DNA of 64,000 nucleotides, from assembly GCA_013239625.1 (NCBI GenBank), contig MU056050.1, forward strand, positions 3,148,084 through 3,212,083. The letters run 5' to 3'. The DNA is from Lama guanicoe (lineage: Eukaryota). The position numbers were made by a program, and so were the translations under genes. Under the pieces are notes generated by a model. That model was not told the origin of the DNA. It saw nothing but the letters and a program-made list of their open reading frames with translations, and did no database searches. This document shows, in pieces, positions 50,318 through 64,000 of this stretch (position 1 is its first letter; every line of letters begins with the position of its first letter).

Positions 50318-51620
50318 ATTCTCTAACACCATATACAAAAATAAACTTAAAATGAATTAAAGATCTAAATATAAGACTGGAAACCATAAAACTCTTAGAT
50401 GAAAACATAGGTAGAACACTCTTTGACATAAATTGTAGCAATAATCTTTTGCATCCCTCTCCTAAAGCAAAGGAAATGAAAGTGAAAAATAAACAAATGG
50501 GACCTAATTAAACTTAAAAGCTTTTGTATAGCAAAGGAGACCATTGGCAAAATGAAAAGACAACCCACTGAATGCGAGAAAATATTTGTGAATAATATGA
50601 CTGATAAGGGGTTAATAGCCGAAATATATAAACAGCTCACACAACTCAATATCAAAAAAACAAGCAATCCAATCAAAATATGGGCAGAAGACCTGAACAG
50701 ACATTTTTCCATAGAAGACATACAGAAGGCTAACAGGCACATGAAAAGATGCTCAACATTGCTAATTATTAGGGAAATGCAAGTCAAAACCACAATGAGA
50801 TACCATCTCACACCTGTCAGAATGGCTATCATTAAAAAGAACAAAAATAACAAATGTTGGCGAGAATGTGGAGAAAAGAGAATCCTCCTACACTGTTGGT
50901 GGGAATGTAAATTGCAGCCACTGTGGAAAACAGTATGCAGGTTTCTCAAAAGCCTGAAAAGAGAACTACAATATGACCCAGCAATTCCACTCCTGGGTAT
51001 ATATCTGAAAAAAAACAAAAACACTAATTCAAAATGATACATGCACCCCAATGTTCATAACAGCATTATTTAAAGTTGCCAAGATATGGAAGCAACTTAA
51101 ATGTGCATCAACAGATGAATGGATAACAAAGAAGTGATATATACACATACACACACAAACATAATGGAATACTACTCAGCCATAAAAAGATGAGATCTTT
51201 GCCATTCACAGCAACATGCATGGACTTGGAGGGTATTATGCTAAAGTGAAATAAGTCAGACAGAGAAAGATAAATACTGTAAGACATCACTTACATGTGG
51301 AATCTAAAAAATACAACAAACTAGCAAACATAACAAAACAGAAGCAGACTCACAGATATAGAGAACAAACTAGTGGTTACCAGTGGGGAGAGGGAAAGGG
51401 GGAGGGATAATATAGGGGTAGGGGATTAGAGGTAAAATTATTATGTATAAAATAAGCTGTAAGGATATATAGTGCACCACAGGGAATATAGCTCATATTT
51501 TTAAACTACAAATGGAGTATAGACTTTAAAAATTGTGAATCACTATATTGTACACCTGTAACTTATATAATATTGTACATCAACTATACTTCAACTAAAA
51601 AACAATCAAACAAAAACCAA
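50318..51620 (+). mobile_element. 5'-truncated L1 (about 1.3 kb): ORF2 C-terminus, 3' UTR and A-rich tail
   Basis: ORF 50552-51037 [12 protein letters not shown]...[56 protein letters not shown]...[25 protein letters not shown] is L1 ORF2p; G-rich 3' UTR tract at about 51385-51424. Confidence 0.95.
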
Positions 51621-51714
51621 ACCCCTAATGTCCTCAACATTACAATAGGTTTGTTTATCCAGGAGTACCTGAATAACACAATTTTTCCAAAAATGACTTT
51701 TTTTTAATGATTGT

Positions 51715-51975
51715 TCATTCCACATAGCAAAGGAAACAATCCACAGAGTGAAAAGGTAATCTATTAAATGGGAAAAAAGATTTTTGAACTATATACCTGA
51801 TCAGGGATTAATACCTAGACTAGGTAAACAACTCCTATAATTCAACAACAGTGAAATATAACCTTATATAATCTTAAAATAGGCAAAGGACTTGAATAGA
51901 CATTTATCCAAAGAAGACATACAAATGACCAAGAAGCATACAAAAAGATGCTTCTCACCCCTAATCATCATGAAA
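51715..51975 (+). mobile_element. Older L1 ORF2 fragment
   Basis: 'agcaaaggaaacaatccacagagtgaaaagg...ggcaaaggacttgaatagacatttatccaaagaagacatacaaatgacc'. Confidence 0.85.
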
Positions 51976-52048
51976 TACCATCGCATTAGGGGTTAGGGCT
52001 TCAACACATGAATTTGGTGGAGTGTGGGACACAATTCAGTTCCTAGCA
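51975..52048. mobile_element. MLT1A-like LTR terminal fragment
   Basis: 'aataccatcgcattagggggttagggcttcaacacatgaatttggtgg...ggacacaattcagttcctagca', similar to the end of the LTR at 22114-22451. Confidence 0.75.
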
Positions 52049-55000
52049 CCAATGTATTCTTCAATTGATGTGGATAATAATACATTAACACTAAATAAAC
52101 ATTTTCTGACTCACATTTTAAAATTAAAAAAAATTAAAAAACTAAAAGGCAGATAAAATGTTGCCTCCTCTGTCAGACCTTCCCAGATGGCTCCAGGGCA
52201 CTGGACACCCTCACTTCACATTGTTCCTACCTCTGCTACAGTACATATCATTTTGTGTTTACAACAGATATATTTCAATAAAGTTGCACTCATTAATCTT
52301 AAAAAGAAAACTGCAATTCTTGGGTGAGAAGCATGCAGAATTATCTGGTGTGCTCATTTCAAGTTTTTGTTTTTTCAAAATTACAAGTTCACGTATAAAA
52401 ATTATTATAGTTTTCAGAGGTAAAGTTATGAAAAAAGTACCAGAGTTTAAAAAATCTTTGTAGCCAATATTCTAATAACTCTCTAATTTCTAAACTGTAT
52501 CTCGAAACTCTTAGGCTGTACCCAGTGCAGTAGCATTTTCTACGTTCTATGTAAAAAATTGAAATATTATTGACTAAACAATGTATAAAAATAAACCAAT
52601 AAATAAAATATTGCTTATTTTCTACCATACCTTACATTCCATATTATGTTTCATACTTTCTAAAACACAGTTGATTTAAAAAAATTGTATCGCACTATAC
52701 CATCCCACACTATATGGCATAATTTATGAGCTAATATCCCTTTAAAAAGTGTTATGCTCATTTGGAATTAGGATATATAAACACTGATATAATTAATGTA
52801 GAACAGATCAGGTCTCAGGCATTCCAAATAAATGGTTTTCTACTGTATTTAATTATTCTCAGTTCTCTGACAAAGAGAGGTGCAAACATCATTCCATTTA
52901 TATATCATTCCCATTATAAGATATGGTAAGTTATTATGATTATACAGTTGCTGGTGCAATACATAAATATATTTACATATAAGATAGGGAAAATTTAGCA
53001 TGGAAAATTTATACCGCTTGCCCAAGATCACATAGTCAACCAGGGTGGCATTTGTGATGAAGATGTCTTTACTCCACGTCATAATCATTTTCCACCTTTA
53101 TACCTAATGATCAGCATCTTATGTCTTTTCCAAAACATAGTATAGGTTGGACCAAGAAAGAGCAAAAGATACATTTGTGTTCTCTTTATTGACTAACTTC
53201 ATTCCAAACATTACAGACATCAATCTGCCATTCAATCCTTTCTCCCCTTCCCCTAACATACACGTTGGCCTAAAAAATCGCCACAAGAAAAAAATGCATG
53301 GTCATCAGAGAAGTTCATACAATTGACATGAGGGGAGGGGAAGTACATACATATGAACATAACTGACTTAATGAGCAGGAAACAGTAAAGAGTGAACAGA
53401 CTAGTCTATGAGGTTCACAGAAAAGTTGAGTGACAGTCAGGGAGGGGAAATGGCCTGAGTGAAAAGGATCAGAGTTTGTTGATGGCTTAGTGGGTGACAT
53501 GTGGGAATGGCAAGGTGGCAGAAGCAAATACTGGAATAAAAGGTGGAACAAAAAACTATACACATGTTGATTTAATATTTTCCCTACCCCAAACTGGTTA
53601 TTTAATTCTCTAAATAAGCATTTATAGACTACTTATTAAGTATTAGGCATGTTTTGTACACAAGATACAATGGTGAAAGTGAATGTCACTGGTCTCAAAA
53701 GCTCATAGTGGGTTGATGGGTTGGGGGCTGGAGCATGGGGGATAGACACACATACAATTAAAGCATATTGCAAGACCCTGCTTTTAGTCAGATTTTTAAA
53801 GTGTCAAGTTCATTCATTTTAGAAATATTTTCTTATTATTGCGAATTATTTTCCATGAATCTATTATAATAGTTTTATACTGAACTAACAGTATCTTGTT
53901 TTAATATCATATAAATATTACTAATCCAAGATTATAGAAAGAAGTTCAATAAACTACATTATAATGTTACACCTTCCGATTACATAAGAAAGCTCAATTG
54001 TATTATCATGCAAACACATATATTTGCACATGTGTGCACACACGCACACACACTCTAAAAAGCTTAGAGTCAATTTGAAAAAATGGTGAGACATGAGGTT
54101 CTTTGACTCTCTAGGAGCCTGTCTGTTATTTTCAGTGGAGCTGCCACTACTAACTACCACATTATTAACCACTCCACTAATATTCTAAGTTTCATAAGAG
54201 GACATGTTTGTTTCTTTCTACACCATTTATATGTGTGCTTTACAAGGTGATCAGTGCTATTGCAGTAGTTGAATTAAGTAATAGGCATAGAGATATCTCT
54301 TGACTTCAAAACTAATTTGGAATATTCTTGGATGTGGCCTTCTCTTTCTGGAGGGCATTCAAAAGAAATAAGAAGATACCTTTCTATCCTGGAACAGACT
54401 GAGACTTTGTTGAATTCTATTGTAATCAAGTCACCTTGGATTAGTTAGCCTCTATTTCCTACAGAATTAGTAAAGAAGAAAAAAAGACTTTTGCTGGTAC
54501 ATTTTGACTATTTAACACATAACTGTTATTTATAGAGTTTGATTAAGCTTTGACCCAACATTTATCAAGGAATTTATGTTTTAAGCCCTTATTCATGTTA
54601 CTTTATCGAAGGCAATCAAATTTTATCAGTAATTCATTGTTTGCTCTTCTGCCTTCTATTAAGACTCTGAGATCCTCAAAAGACAGTGTCTTCCAATGAT
54701 GAATAAGTTTGCCACCCTGAAGAGGAGAGCTTGGCTAGGTAGAAATGGGAACTGAACATGTCAGATGAGTATGGGGTGGGCAGCAATTGGTAGTTGACCT
54801 TTAAACCCAGGACGAGATATTTCAACTTGAGAACCAATTAGGATTTCTCTTTGTGCTGCTGAAGGGTAGACAGAGGAGTCAGGGATCTGAAAGAAGATAA
54901 GGGGACAAGAAAGCTGATGAGGGATTTGGGTAGCGGTACCAGGGTACAGTGGTTGGGGATTATGCAAGCACTTGGTGACAGCTCTATACAAGTAACTGCC

Positions 55001-55469
55001 TCTGGAACTGTTATGTCTGTGTTTGCGCTTGTTTGTCCTTAATTACATGATGAATTCTAAAGACAGGGAATTTCTTATTTTATCAACCCACACATTGCCA
55101 AGTGCCATGCCTTACTAGAAAAGCTTGACAATGGAGTGACAAATGTGTTCCAATTTCTGCAAAATAAACAGAAGCAAAGGCCAATGGAAGATAATTTTTG
55201 AAGTATGCTTTGTTCAGACTGTTTCTTAAATTGGAAAACTAATTATATATATAATCATTTTATATATTATCTGTTATTACTATCTATTTAATATGTATAT
55301 ACAGACTGATGACATTATCATTCACTTCAAAAGTTTATAAAATACTTGGGAGTTTAAAAGGGCATGATTTTGCCAGTCTACCTTTCCGTAATTACTCTTC
55401 TCCAACTAAGTTGCAATGTTTGGCATTTAACAGACACTATTAGTGCTTTCCAGCTCTGAACCTTTATTT

Positions 55470-56050
55470 TCATACTTGGCTTTCCACTTTGAATGTCCTT
55501 GTTCAGCCAATACTCTGTCTACATCCTACTCCTCCGAGGCCCATTACCAATGTTGCTCCTTTCGTGAAGCATCCCTTGAAATCTAAATAAAGAAGCGATA
55601 TTTTTCTCTTCTGACCTCCTACAGCACTGTATTCTTCTTATACTCTGATCACCTCCTAAGACATGCGAAGCTAGGTGGTAGCAGGGAGAGAAGCAGATGG
55701 TCATGGAAAAAAAGCAGACGGGAAGCTGGCCGTTGCGTCATACAAATAGCAGAATCCTGGCTGAAGATTCACAAACTTGTACTGCTGAGCTTTCTAGAGA
55801 TGGATTCATTTTCAATCTTCGGATATGCATGTTTACATCTCCTGAGCTACTCTGAATAAGTCTCTGTTGTACACAACCGACACAGCCTAATACTATGCCT
55901 TGTATTTAAATACTTGTTTCACCTTCCCTCACAGGCCATAAATTCTTTGAAAGGCAGCGACCCTGGCTTCTTTTTTTCTTATGACACCATTAACACCTGC
56001 AGTGTGGCACACCGTCAGTGCTCAATAAATGCTTGCTGGAAGGATGGAGA
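55470..56050. mobile_element. L2 3' region interrupted by a probable MaLR LTR fragment (about 55660-55893)
   Basis: L2 'ctcctttcgtgaagcatccc' and 3' end 'cagtgtggcacaccgtcagtgctcaataaatgcttgctgga'; LTR-like end 'ctgttgtacacaaccgacacagcctaatac'. Confidence 0.55.
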
Positions 56051-56619
56051 AAACTGGACAGTTGATCATCAAAGCATGTGGAATTTCAGGTCATTTTTAG
56101 CAAGGCAAGAACAGAACACAGGTAGTTCATAATCCTATTTTACTAAACATTGCTTTTTCCAATGAATGGCTTGCCTGTCTCCCTCTTCACTGTTATAGAT
56201 TTCTTCCTATTAGAGTTCTGCTAACGTGTTTATGACATATCTTTGCCAAAGGCTAACTTTAGCAGCAGCACCATGTATCATAAAAGATGTATCATATAAG
56301 CAAATTACATAATATGAAGCCATGCATTTCTCCCATTATTTTAACAAGTATCTTCATTTGAAGGGTGGTGATCTGTATCAGGTTCTCTTCTGAGAGGCCA
56401 GAAATGTAAACTGTACTTGAACTAATGTCATTGTTGTCTCTTTTCAGAATGGGAAACACTTTACCAATCTTATTTTCATATGTATCTGGTGTGACTAGAC
56501 ACCCTTAAGGAAATTATTTTTCAGAAATAAATTCGAAGGATTAAAAGGTTCACCAAAGTCACGTGAAATACATAACAATGAAGTATAGCCTCATTTCATG
56601 GCTATCACCTCCTCACACC

Positions 56620-56830
56620 TACACAGTGTTTTATGATTTGCAAAGCACTTTGAAATATATTATCTCATTTGTTCCTTACAACAGGAGCCTGTGAGATAGA
56701 CAGGGAGGGTACCATCCCTACTTTGGATATCAAAATACGGAGAAGTTAACTGACCTTGCCAAGGTCACAGAGATCGTAAGTGAAGGAAAAGAACTCAAGT
56801 CTTTCAACTTCTAATCCAATACTCTTTTGA
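56620..56830. mobile_element. MIR SINE
   Basis: 'tttgcaaagcactttg...tatctcatttgttccttacaacagg...ttgccaaggtcacagagatcgtaagtg'. Confidence 0.7.
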
Positions 56831-57619
56831 CCTGAGATCCAGCCTTCTTTCAACTATTCTAATTATGATAGTGTTTTCAAACTCTGGCTATGACCAATTG
56901 ATGGACTGTGAGACCAATTCTGACCAGTATTAAAAGAATGAAATAGAATAGAACACATCATAGAGCATTAGCTCTATGATTTCATTTTTTACTGAAGGAA
57001 AGAATTTGTTTAGCAAAGGTATGAACTGTTTCATGAAACTTCGGTTTCAGTTTTGTCTATTAATGTAAAATATATTTCTGTGAGAAATTTTGAGAAAAAT
57101 AAATGGAAAGTGACTGATCTGTATACCATGTCACCTATTAAATCATTAAGTTGCTCAAAAGTAATGTATGATGCCAAAAGTCTCCATGTTACTGGTTTTA
57201 ACATTAAAATAATTGTGGATAATAAAAATACATTTTCTGGCAATCCTTCAGTTAGGTATTAATAGTGTGGGGTAAATTCATTGTTGGCCCTCTCTTAAGA
57301 GTTCTACTTGAACATTACATTTAAAAATTGAGGGTTTCTAGATAAGCATGATACTGGTTTTATTCCTGCTTTTATGAGAAAAAATGCTTTATAAAGAAAT
57401 CATTTTAGAAAATCTTTACCTGACTAAATATATTCAGAGGAATGTGGGAAACACTGAGTATAGAAAACACCCTGGAATTCAAATATTTGATTCCTATCGA
57501 AATAAGGATATGTGATATTTCTGGAAGTAATTATCAACTTATTTAATTACATGTATGTATTATCAATGACTAATCAAAATGAATGAATCCACTACTGTTT
57601 TCTTAATTATGATTAATAC

Positions 57620-58060
57620 AGTGGCTCTTCATTGCCTATAAGATATAGTACAAAATCCTAAGCAGAGCATATAAGTGCCGGCGGCTTTATCTCCTGTCCC
57701 TCCATTGCACACAGGCCACGCCTCTCTGTGTCTCCACAGTTCTGTACATGCTTCCTTTGCTTAGATGCTATTGTCTCCCCACTTCCTCAATGAAGCTGGG
57801 TCTTGAAGGATGAATACAAGTGTTCTAGGCAATGTTACCTCCTCTGTGATGTCTCCATCCTTTCCCTTTCCTGTATTCTCACATAATTTATTACAGTTAT
57901 TTATCAGAGACCTCACAACATTATTATAATTATTTCTTTGTGTGAGTTTCTTCAGCTAGGCAGTGAGGTGCTTGAAGGTGAAGTGTTATGTCTTACTCAT
58001 CGTTGAATCTTTGGTGCCCAGAACAATCAATGCCTAGGAAATAACAGGCTCCGACACTTT
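57620..58060 (+). mobile_element. L2 3' fragment
   Basis: 'cagtggctcttcattgcctataagatatagtacaaaatccta' and 'ctaggcagtgaggtgcttgaaggtg...tatgtcttactcatc'. Confidence 0.65.
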
Positions 58061-60759
58061 GCTAAATATGTAAAATATGGTATTTAGTTTTAGTGGACAT
58101 CGACAAATGCAAAACATAAAGCAAATTACATGAAGTCATAAAAATTTTTATCATCTATGATCTATTCTTTTTCACACTGAAAGCTTCACTGTTCTTTTGT
58201 AAATGCCTGAATATTAAAATATTAATTTGGGGGTTGAAAATTATATTTATATCTATTCCTCTATGATCCATATATTGGTAAAAGAGCTGGCTGGTTTGGT
58301 CTGTTCAAGGCAACACTTAAATTGCTGACATCATTTTATTAGATTATGCACATGATACAGACCAAGGCATTTTTATTTTCCCACAGGCTGACATGGTGAT
58401 TTAGAGATATAGCTTACATGTTAGAATTTTCCCTCCATATTTTAGTCATCATTGTATTAAGAAAAAAATTAAAAGATAAGCAATTTTTTAATGGATAGTT
58501 GAGTCATTTAATATTTTGTGATATGGTGCCATTGAAGTTTCCTTTATATTCCTATTGGGTTTTCTCCTCACTGTTTCAGCTAATAGAGTTTGAAGTCCCT
58601 GTGTGTCTGTCACTCCTTTGAGGGATTTTTTTTAACTGTTGTTCTGAAAACACAGAACTAACTTCCTCAAAAGATAAAACAGGGAAACCACAGCTGGAGA
58701 AGTGCGAACGCCAATTTACCCTTCATAGCACACAAAATTACACTCCATGATTGTAGAGGAAGGCAATATTTAATTGACAGATATTCTAATACATAAATGC
58801 ATTAGGATGCCATCTGTTTGAGGGCTCTACTGTGTATATCTATACTACTACAAAATATTTTCCAAAAATATATGGTAGGCTAAGGAGTCCTAAGTCATAT
58901 GTGAATCTGGGAGACAAGATTTTTTATTTCCTGATTTGTATTCTTCACTTTTCTCCCATATATTACAGCTGTTTGTTTACATGTTTAACCTTCAACTCGA
59001 TAGAAAGCTTAGGATGGTATCCAGATCTTACTCAGCTCCAGATTCCCGGAGTGGTCAACACCATGTTGACACATACTAAGTGCTCAGCAAATGTTTATTG
59101 GAAAAATAAATGAATGTATTATTAAAGCCCTGATGTTTTAAACATTTCCCCTAGGAGCCATTTGCTATTTTCTCCTGTGTTATAATGCCACAAAGATAAA
59201 ACCCTCACAATTTCTCTCTCTGCTCATTGAAAAACATGGCAGTAATGACAGGGAGAAGTCGAATTACTTATAACATACAAGACAAGCTTTCAAAGCAATC
59301 TAATACTTTGGCCTCCACATGTGAAACATCTGAACTAAAGGTGAAAAATTCAATAAAACATTTGGATTTGTATCTTCAACTAAAAATCTAACTGCTAGAG
59401 AGTAGGAAACATCTAAGTGATTAAACCAGTCACATATCCAGTATTGTGCACCCAGAGCTTCCAGAGACTAAATGTTGGCTATTGTTTTCAGGCTACTTGT
59501 AAAAAATCACAATTGGCTTCCCTACCTTTTCATTTCAACTTCAGTGCAACTGAGGATTCATTATTGTTTTGTATTTTGAGATGTTAGCAGGTCATATTGT
59601 GTGTTTTTTCAGAATCTGTCCTCTAGGTTAGTAAAATGCCTTTTAAAGTACTTTTTTTTGGGGTCATCATAGAAATTATACTGATCTAATATTAAGTAAA
59701 ACCATTACTATAAGAAATATAAGAAAGTATCCAGTGAAACATACTTTATCATCTGATTCTAACCAACAAAATATTTTTAATGAGTGCACATCTATTAAAA
59801 GAATCCTCAAGATGCTGTAATTATTATTCATTTTCTAGAATTGTTTCACCATGAAGCTTTATGCTTCTATGGGGACTTTAATGTTTATGTTTTGTGACGG
59901 CTGCATTGACTATTAAAAAGCAATTTGGCTGACATTTTAGGTCTTTTGTTGCCAGTTTTAATTGGATTGTTCATCAAGCATCAACTCCCCCGTTAAATGC
60001 AAAAATTTCAGGCCAACGTCAGTTTACAGTAATGACTGTTTAATGATTTCATCCCGTCAGTATGCAAGCTTCGTATGGATATATGCATGATTAGTTTCAT
60101 ATCAAGACCTGTAATTAAATAATTGAAGCTTAAGCAGAATGGATATCAAACATGAACACATATTTAATAAAGACTCAGAAGCTTATCAAAATACTGATTA
60201 GCAATTAAAGTCAATGTTTTGAGTTTATCTGTGTTAGTACACTTATAGTATCTTAAAAAATATTTGAATAAAGTTTTCACCCAAAGTTAAAAGAAATTCT
60301 CTTTAGCATAGCTGTAAATTTGGGTTTTCAGAAGGTAATGTATATCTAATTTCAAAAGGTAACACATATATAGGCACCTATCTCCCTGAGTAAGAAAACT
60401 CACATGAACTGTCACTTTCTTTTTGGAGAAAAAATTAGCTAAAACAGAAAACCCTAGAGCAGCAATAAATATTCTTATCAATCAGACACACTTCCAGTCC
60501 TTAAGAAGTTGACATATATACCTATATTACGCTGTCACCTATTTGCATGTCTTAGAATGTTAGAGCTGGAAGGGACCTTGGAAACTATCCCTTCTAACTT
60601 TCTTGAAGTACAGATGAGTTAAGTGAGTTGCTTAAGGTCATACAGCTAACTAGTGGCAGAGTCAAGAAAAAAAAAAATCTAGGTCCAACATGTAAACTTA
60701 TGGAGAATCAACAGTAAAAAACTCTTTTATATATTGGTATTGGTAAACTCCTTTTCTGT

Positions 60760-61150
60760 CTATTCCATTAAATTAACATGTTTCAAAACTGAAAACAAAG
60801 CAACAAACCCAAACCTGTATACAAAGACATACACTGAGAAGTTTCATTTTCTCTTTTTTGCCCATCTATCCCACTCTTCCTTCAACCCCTGGAGGTAATC
60901 ATTTTTAATAGTTTCTCATTCATCTTTCCAGTATTTTTTCATGCTAGTGCATAATGTACAAATACATATAACTATTTCCCCCCTTCTATCCATACATATA
61001 GTACACCACATATACATGTTTACATCTTGCTTTTTTCCACTGAAAAATACATCTTGAGATCATTCCATAGCAGTGCATAGAAATCTTCCTTATGATTTTT
61101 TCTTTTAAGCTGCATAGTATTCCCTTGCATGGATATTATAGTTCATTTAA
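60760..61150 (-). mobile_element. Ancient L1ME-type 3' fragment
   Basis: 'ccctggaggtaatcatttttaatagtttctc...atcttgcttttttccactgaa...ctgcatagtattcccttgcatggat'. Confidence 0.7.
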
Positions 61151-63676
61151 TATGTTGGCAAATCACCAATAACTAATTGAAAAATGTTTTAGATGCTAAA
61201 AATTATTTCAATCTACTTATAAGAAATACCATCTGCATAATGGAAAATGTAGAAAATGTATATATCAAAGTAAAGGCTAAACTCAGGGCAGTGTGCACAG
61301 CACTGAAGAACAATTAGAAAAGCCATTACTTTCTCTTCAATTTAAAGTCCTAGTCCTGAAGTGCACTGTATAATTAAGATGTTTCCCAGCGTTTACTGGT
61401 CTGGGTAAGTGAAAGCATGTGTTATCATGAAAATGTTTGCAATGCAGCACATAGAAATTTTTACTTTTATGTTATGTTCAGTAAGGATAACATTTCAGAA
61501 TCCTATCTTCAATCTGATAGATCATACTACTTGCCTTCTGCTCATGGTAACCCACATATACCTTGCATTTTAAAACAGTTTCATTTCCAACTAGGATGGA
61601 AGGCCTGCCTATGCTGTTACAGTATTAGTGAAAGACATTAGGGAGACAGCCCAATTAAGGTAGAAGCAGATTTCTTATTAAATGACAGATTCCAGATTCT
61701 CATTTCATGAAACATGTACTCCTGCCACATGCCAAATTCCCATTAACTTCAAGAAGGAATTACGCACAGAAGAAATATGTGGGCTGAAGAGGGCAGGATA
61801 AATTAGTCCACAGCAATCCTTAAATGTCACTTTAAAATGCAGTGAATGCTTTAAATTATGTGTAGTCATGTTGTTTGGATTGAATATTATCCACTCACCC
61901 CGCATCTTCAAAATGAATGGGACAAAAGATGGCTTGAAATACAGAAGAGACATGAACAGCTCAATTTGGAATTGTAAGTAAAAACAGAATCCAAAGATGT
62001 GAGTCATGAAAATGTAATGATTCCCTACGAAAACAGCTTGAGAAAAAGAAACTGTGCTTTCCCTCAGCATATAAAATATTTACATTTAAGAAAATGGGTA
62101 GAAATATTTTCAACTCTATTAATTCAGCCTAATTGGGAGACTCAAGTTTCATTGCTAAGTCCAAATCACATTTAAAATATAAGTATGTGTATTTACTTAC
62201 AAGTGCACTGCATAAATGTTAGTACTACTTATGTCCTATACAGGCCCTTAGGGTCACTGTTTTAAACAAAAGCAGTAAAAATGGGTATTGTATTCTTAGT
62301 ATTGCTTTTAACGTGCTTAAAGTAGTTTATGCTCTTCAGCAGGTGAAACAAACTCTCTCTCTACAATCTTCCTTGTACCCTTTTCATGGAATATTTCAGG
62401 GTAAGTTTTAGCTCAATCCTGTCAATACAAGTTTTAAAATTATGAGAATTTGCTATATTAAATCCAACAAAAATTTGTCCCTTAAGTGGCATATAATAGG
62501 TAACTATTTTAAAAGCCAATCTCCAATTTCAAATAGTTACTTGACTGATAACAATTTAAAATCTCCTTTACAGGAACTTTACAACAATATTACAACCTAC
62601 TGTAAAGGAGATTTTTATTAAAAAGTTGATGTTGAAAGGCTGATATATATCATTCTCTGCCAATAACATGAAAAAGAAACCCTGTTTTTATTTTTGTGCA
62701 GTGTATGGACCTGTGTTTGCATTTGCCACTAGATGGGACCTTACATCTGTGATAATCAGCAGCTGACTTCTTTTCATCCAGCTTTTACAGGATTCAGGAA
62801 CACAAACCTTCTTAAGAAAAATAAGTCTTAAATGACAAAACAAAACTTTATAACTTACACAACTAGCCAGCTGGGTCACAATAGGCTTGTTTCCTTACTA
62901 GATGATAGAAAACAGATAACTTTAAGAGCAATTTCCTTGAAATAGTGGCCTATGCTAAAAGAAGGCGCCATATGCCTTTTTAGTACTCTCTCGAAAAATG
63001 ATCTCTGCTTTTGCTTCAGTGATGCAATGGTAAGCTTGGTCAAAACACTTCCCAGCATTTCTTGCCTACATATCTAAGACCTTTTCTAGTATCCCGGGAA
63101 GCACTACAGTTTTCTCTGAAGTCAGAGGTGTCAAGATTTTTTCTAATATCATGATTTCTGAAACTCTGAAGAGTGGGTGTGTCGACAGCAAGGAAAGTTG
63201 GTGCTGGGAAACCAAACTACAGGGAGATTGTATAGAGACAGAAGTAAGAATTCAGCTTCTGGAAATAATAGCAGACTAGAAAACCTAAAAATTTTCACAC
63301 TACGAAACATCTAGAAATGCTGAATAAACATAACATATATTCTTTTACATGAAAAATGGCACTCAGAAGAAGTGAAAAAAAAAAAACAAACAACCCAGAA
63401 GCCAAAACCAAGATGGGAATTGTAAACAAGAATGACCCAGGAGTTGATGGGGCAGCTCCCCTGCAGGTGCACCTAAGGATACGGGTTTTAAGGCTAAGGT
63501 GAAAGAGGGAGGAGATGGGCTTCAGGTCTTTGCAAGGTAAGGAGTTTAACTGAGACCTACATGTTGCCCATATATGAACCTTCATATATGCTTCATAAAT
63601 GTCAAAAAAGGATGTACTAGAAAAAGGGTATACTTCTGCTCACGGACACAAGGAGACAAGAAAGAATCTTGTTTGT

Positions 63677-63859
63677 AGATTAAAAAAAACCTAAGTTTCT
63701 TCTGTATAGCACAGGGAACTATATTCAATATCTTGTAACAACCTTTAATGAAAAAGAATATGAAAATAAATATATGTATGTATATGCAAGGTTGGGACAT
63801 TGTGCTGTTCACTAGAAATTGACACACTGTAAATGACTGTACTTCAATTAAAAAAAAAA
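63677..63859 (+). mobile_element. Young short L1 3'-end insertion with a perfect 16-bp TSD and intact poly(A)
   Basis: L1 3' UTR 'ctgtatagcacagggaactatattcaatatcttgta...aatgaaaaagaatatgaaaa...cttcaattaaaaaaaa'; TSD aaagaatcttgtttgt at 63661-63676 and 63860-63875. Confidence 0.93.
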
Positions 63860-64000
63860 AAAGAATCTTGTTTGTCCTGGACTGTCCTCTGGGTGAAAAC
63901 AATAAAAATCATTCCTGAGAATTCTTAAGCATGGGCCTATATCACACACGGATTTAGAGTTGAGTTTACAATTTCTGCATGGTCTAGCAACTAGCAATAT

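Noticed and set aside
50395..51051. 218-aa minus-strand ORF, the longest in the track
   Set aside because: It is the antisense frame of L1 ORF2 sequence, a common artefact.
62724..62738. CTCF-like motif tgccactagatggga
   Set aside because: It lacks the C of the conserved GGC core; a single motif match is weak evidence.
1..64000. Prokaryotic-type systems (CRISPR arrays, operons, defence islands) and tRNA/rRNA genes
   Set aside because: The window is mammalian intronic DNA; no repeat-spacer array or structured RNA gene was recognised.

Overview
Mammalian genomic DNA, AT-rich and repeat-dense, lying inside the teneurin-1 gene (TENM1/ODZ1, X-linked in eutherians) on the minus strand. Two coding exons are present. 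36405-36645 (241 bp) encodes the proline-rich intracellular domain. 10426-10664 (239 bp) encodes the end of the intracellular domain and the start of the transmembrane helix. They are joined in frame across a 25.7-kb GT-AG intron. Everything else is intron, filled with ancient eutherian repeats (MIR, L2, CR1/L3, L1M, MER20 and other DNA transposons, MaLR/ERVL LTRs), several younger 5'-truncated cetartiodactyl-type L1 copies (most with a visible TSD), and a degenerate ERV1 3' half at the left edge. I saw no ruminant, pig, whale, carnivore, primate or rodent SINEs, which suggests a camelid (inference). Almost all other ORFs in the track are spurious or retroelement remnants. I found no convincing new biological system. 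The best leads are local: a pure (CCG)7 coding repeat, a CpG/motif-rich segment upstream of the first exon, several perfect palindromes, a twin-primed L1 inversion, a sense-oriented ERV and a nested L3/LTR/L1 stack. Repeat subfamily names come from recognising consensus motifs by eye, and their boundaries are approximate unless TSDs are quoted.
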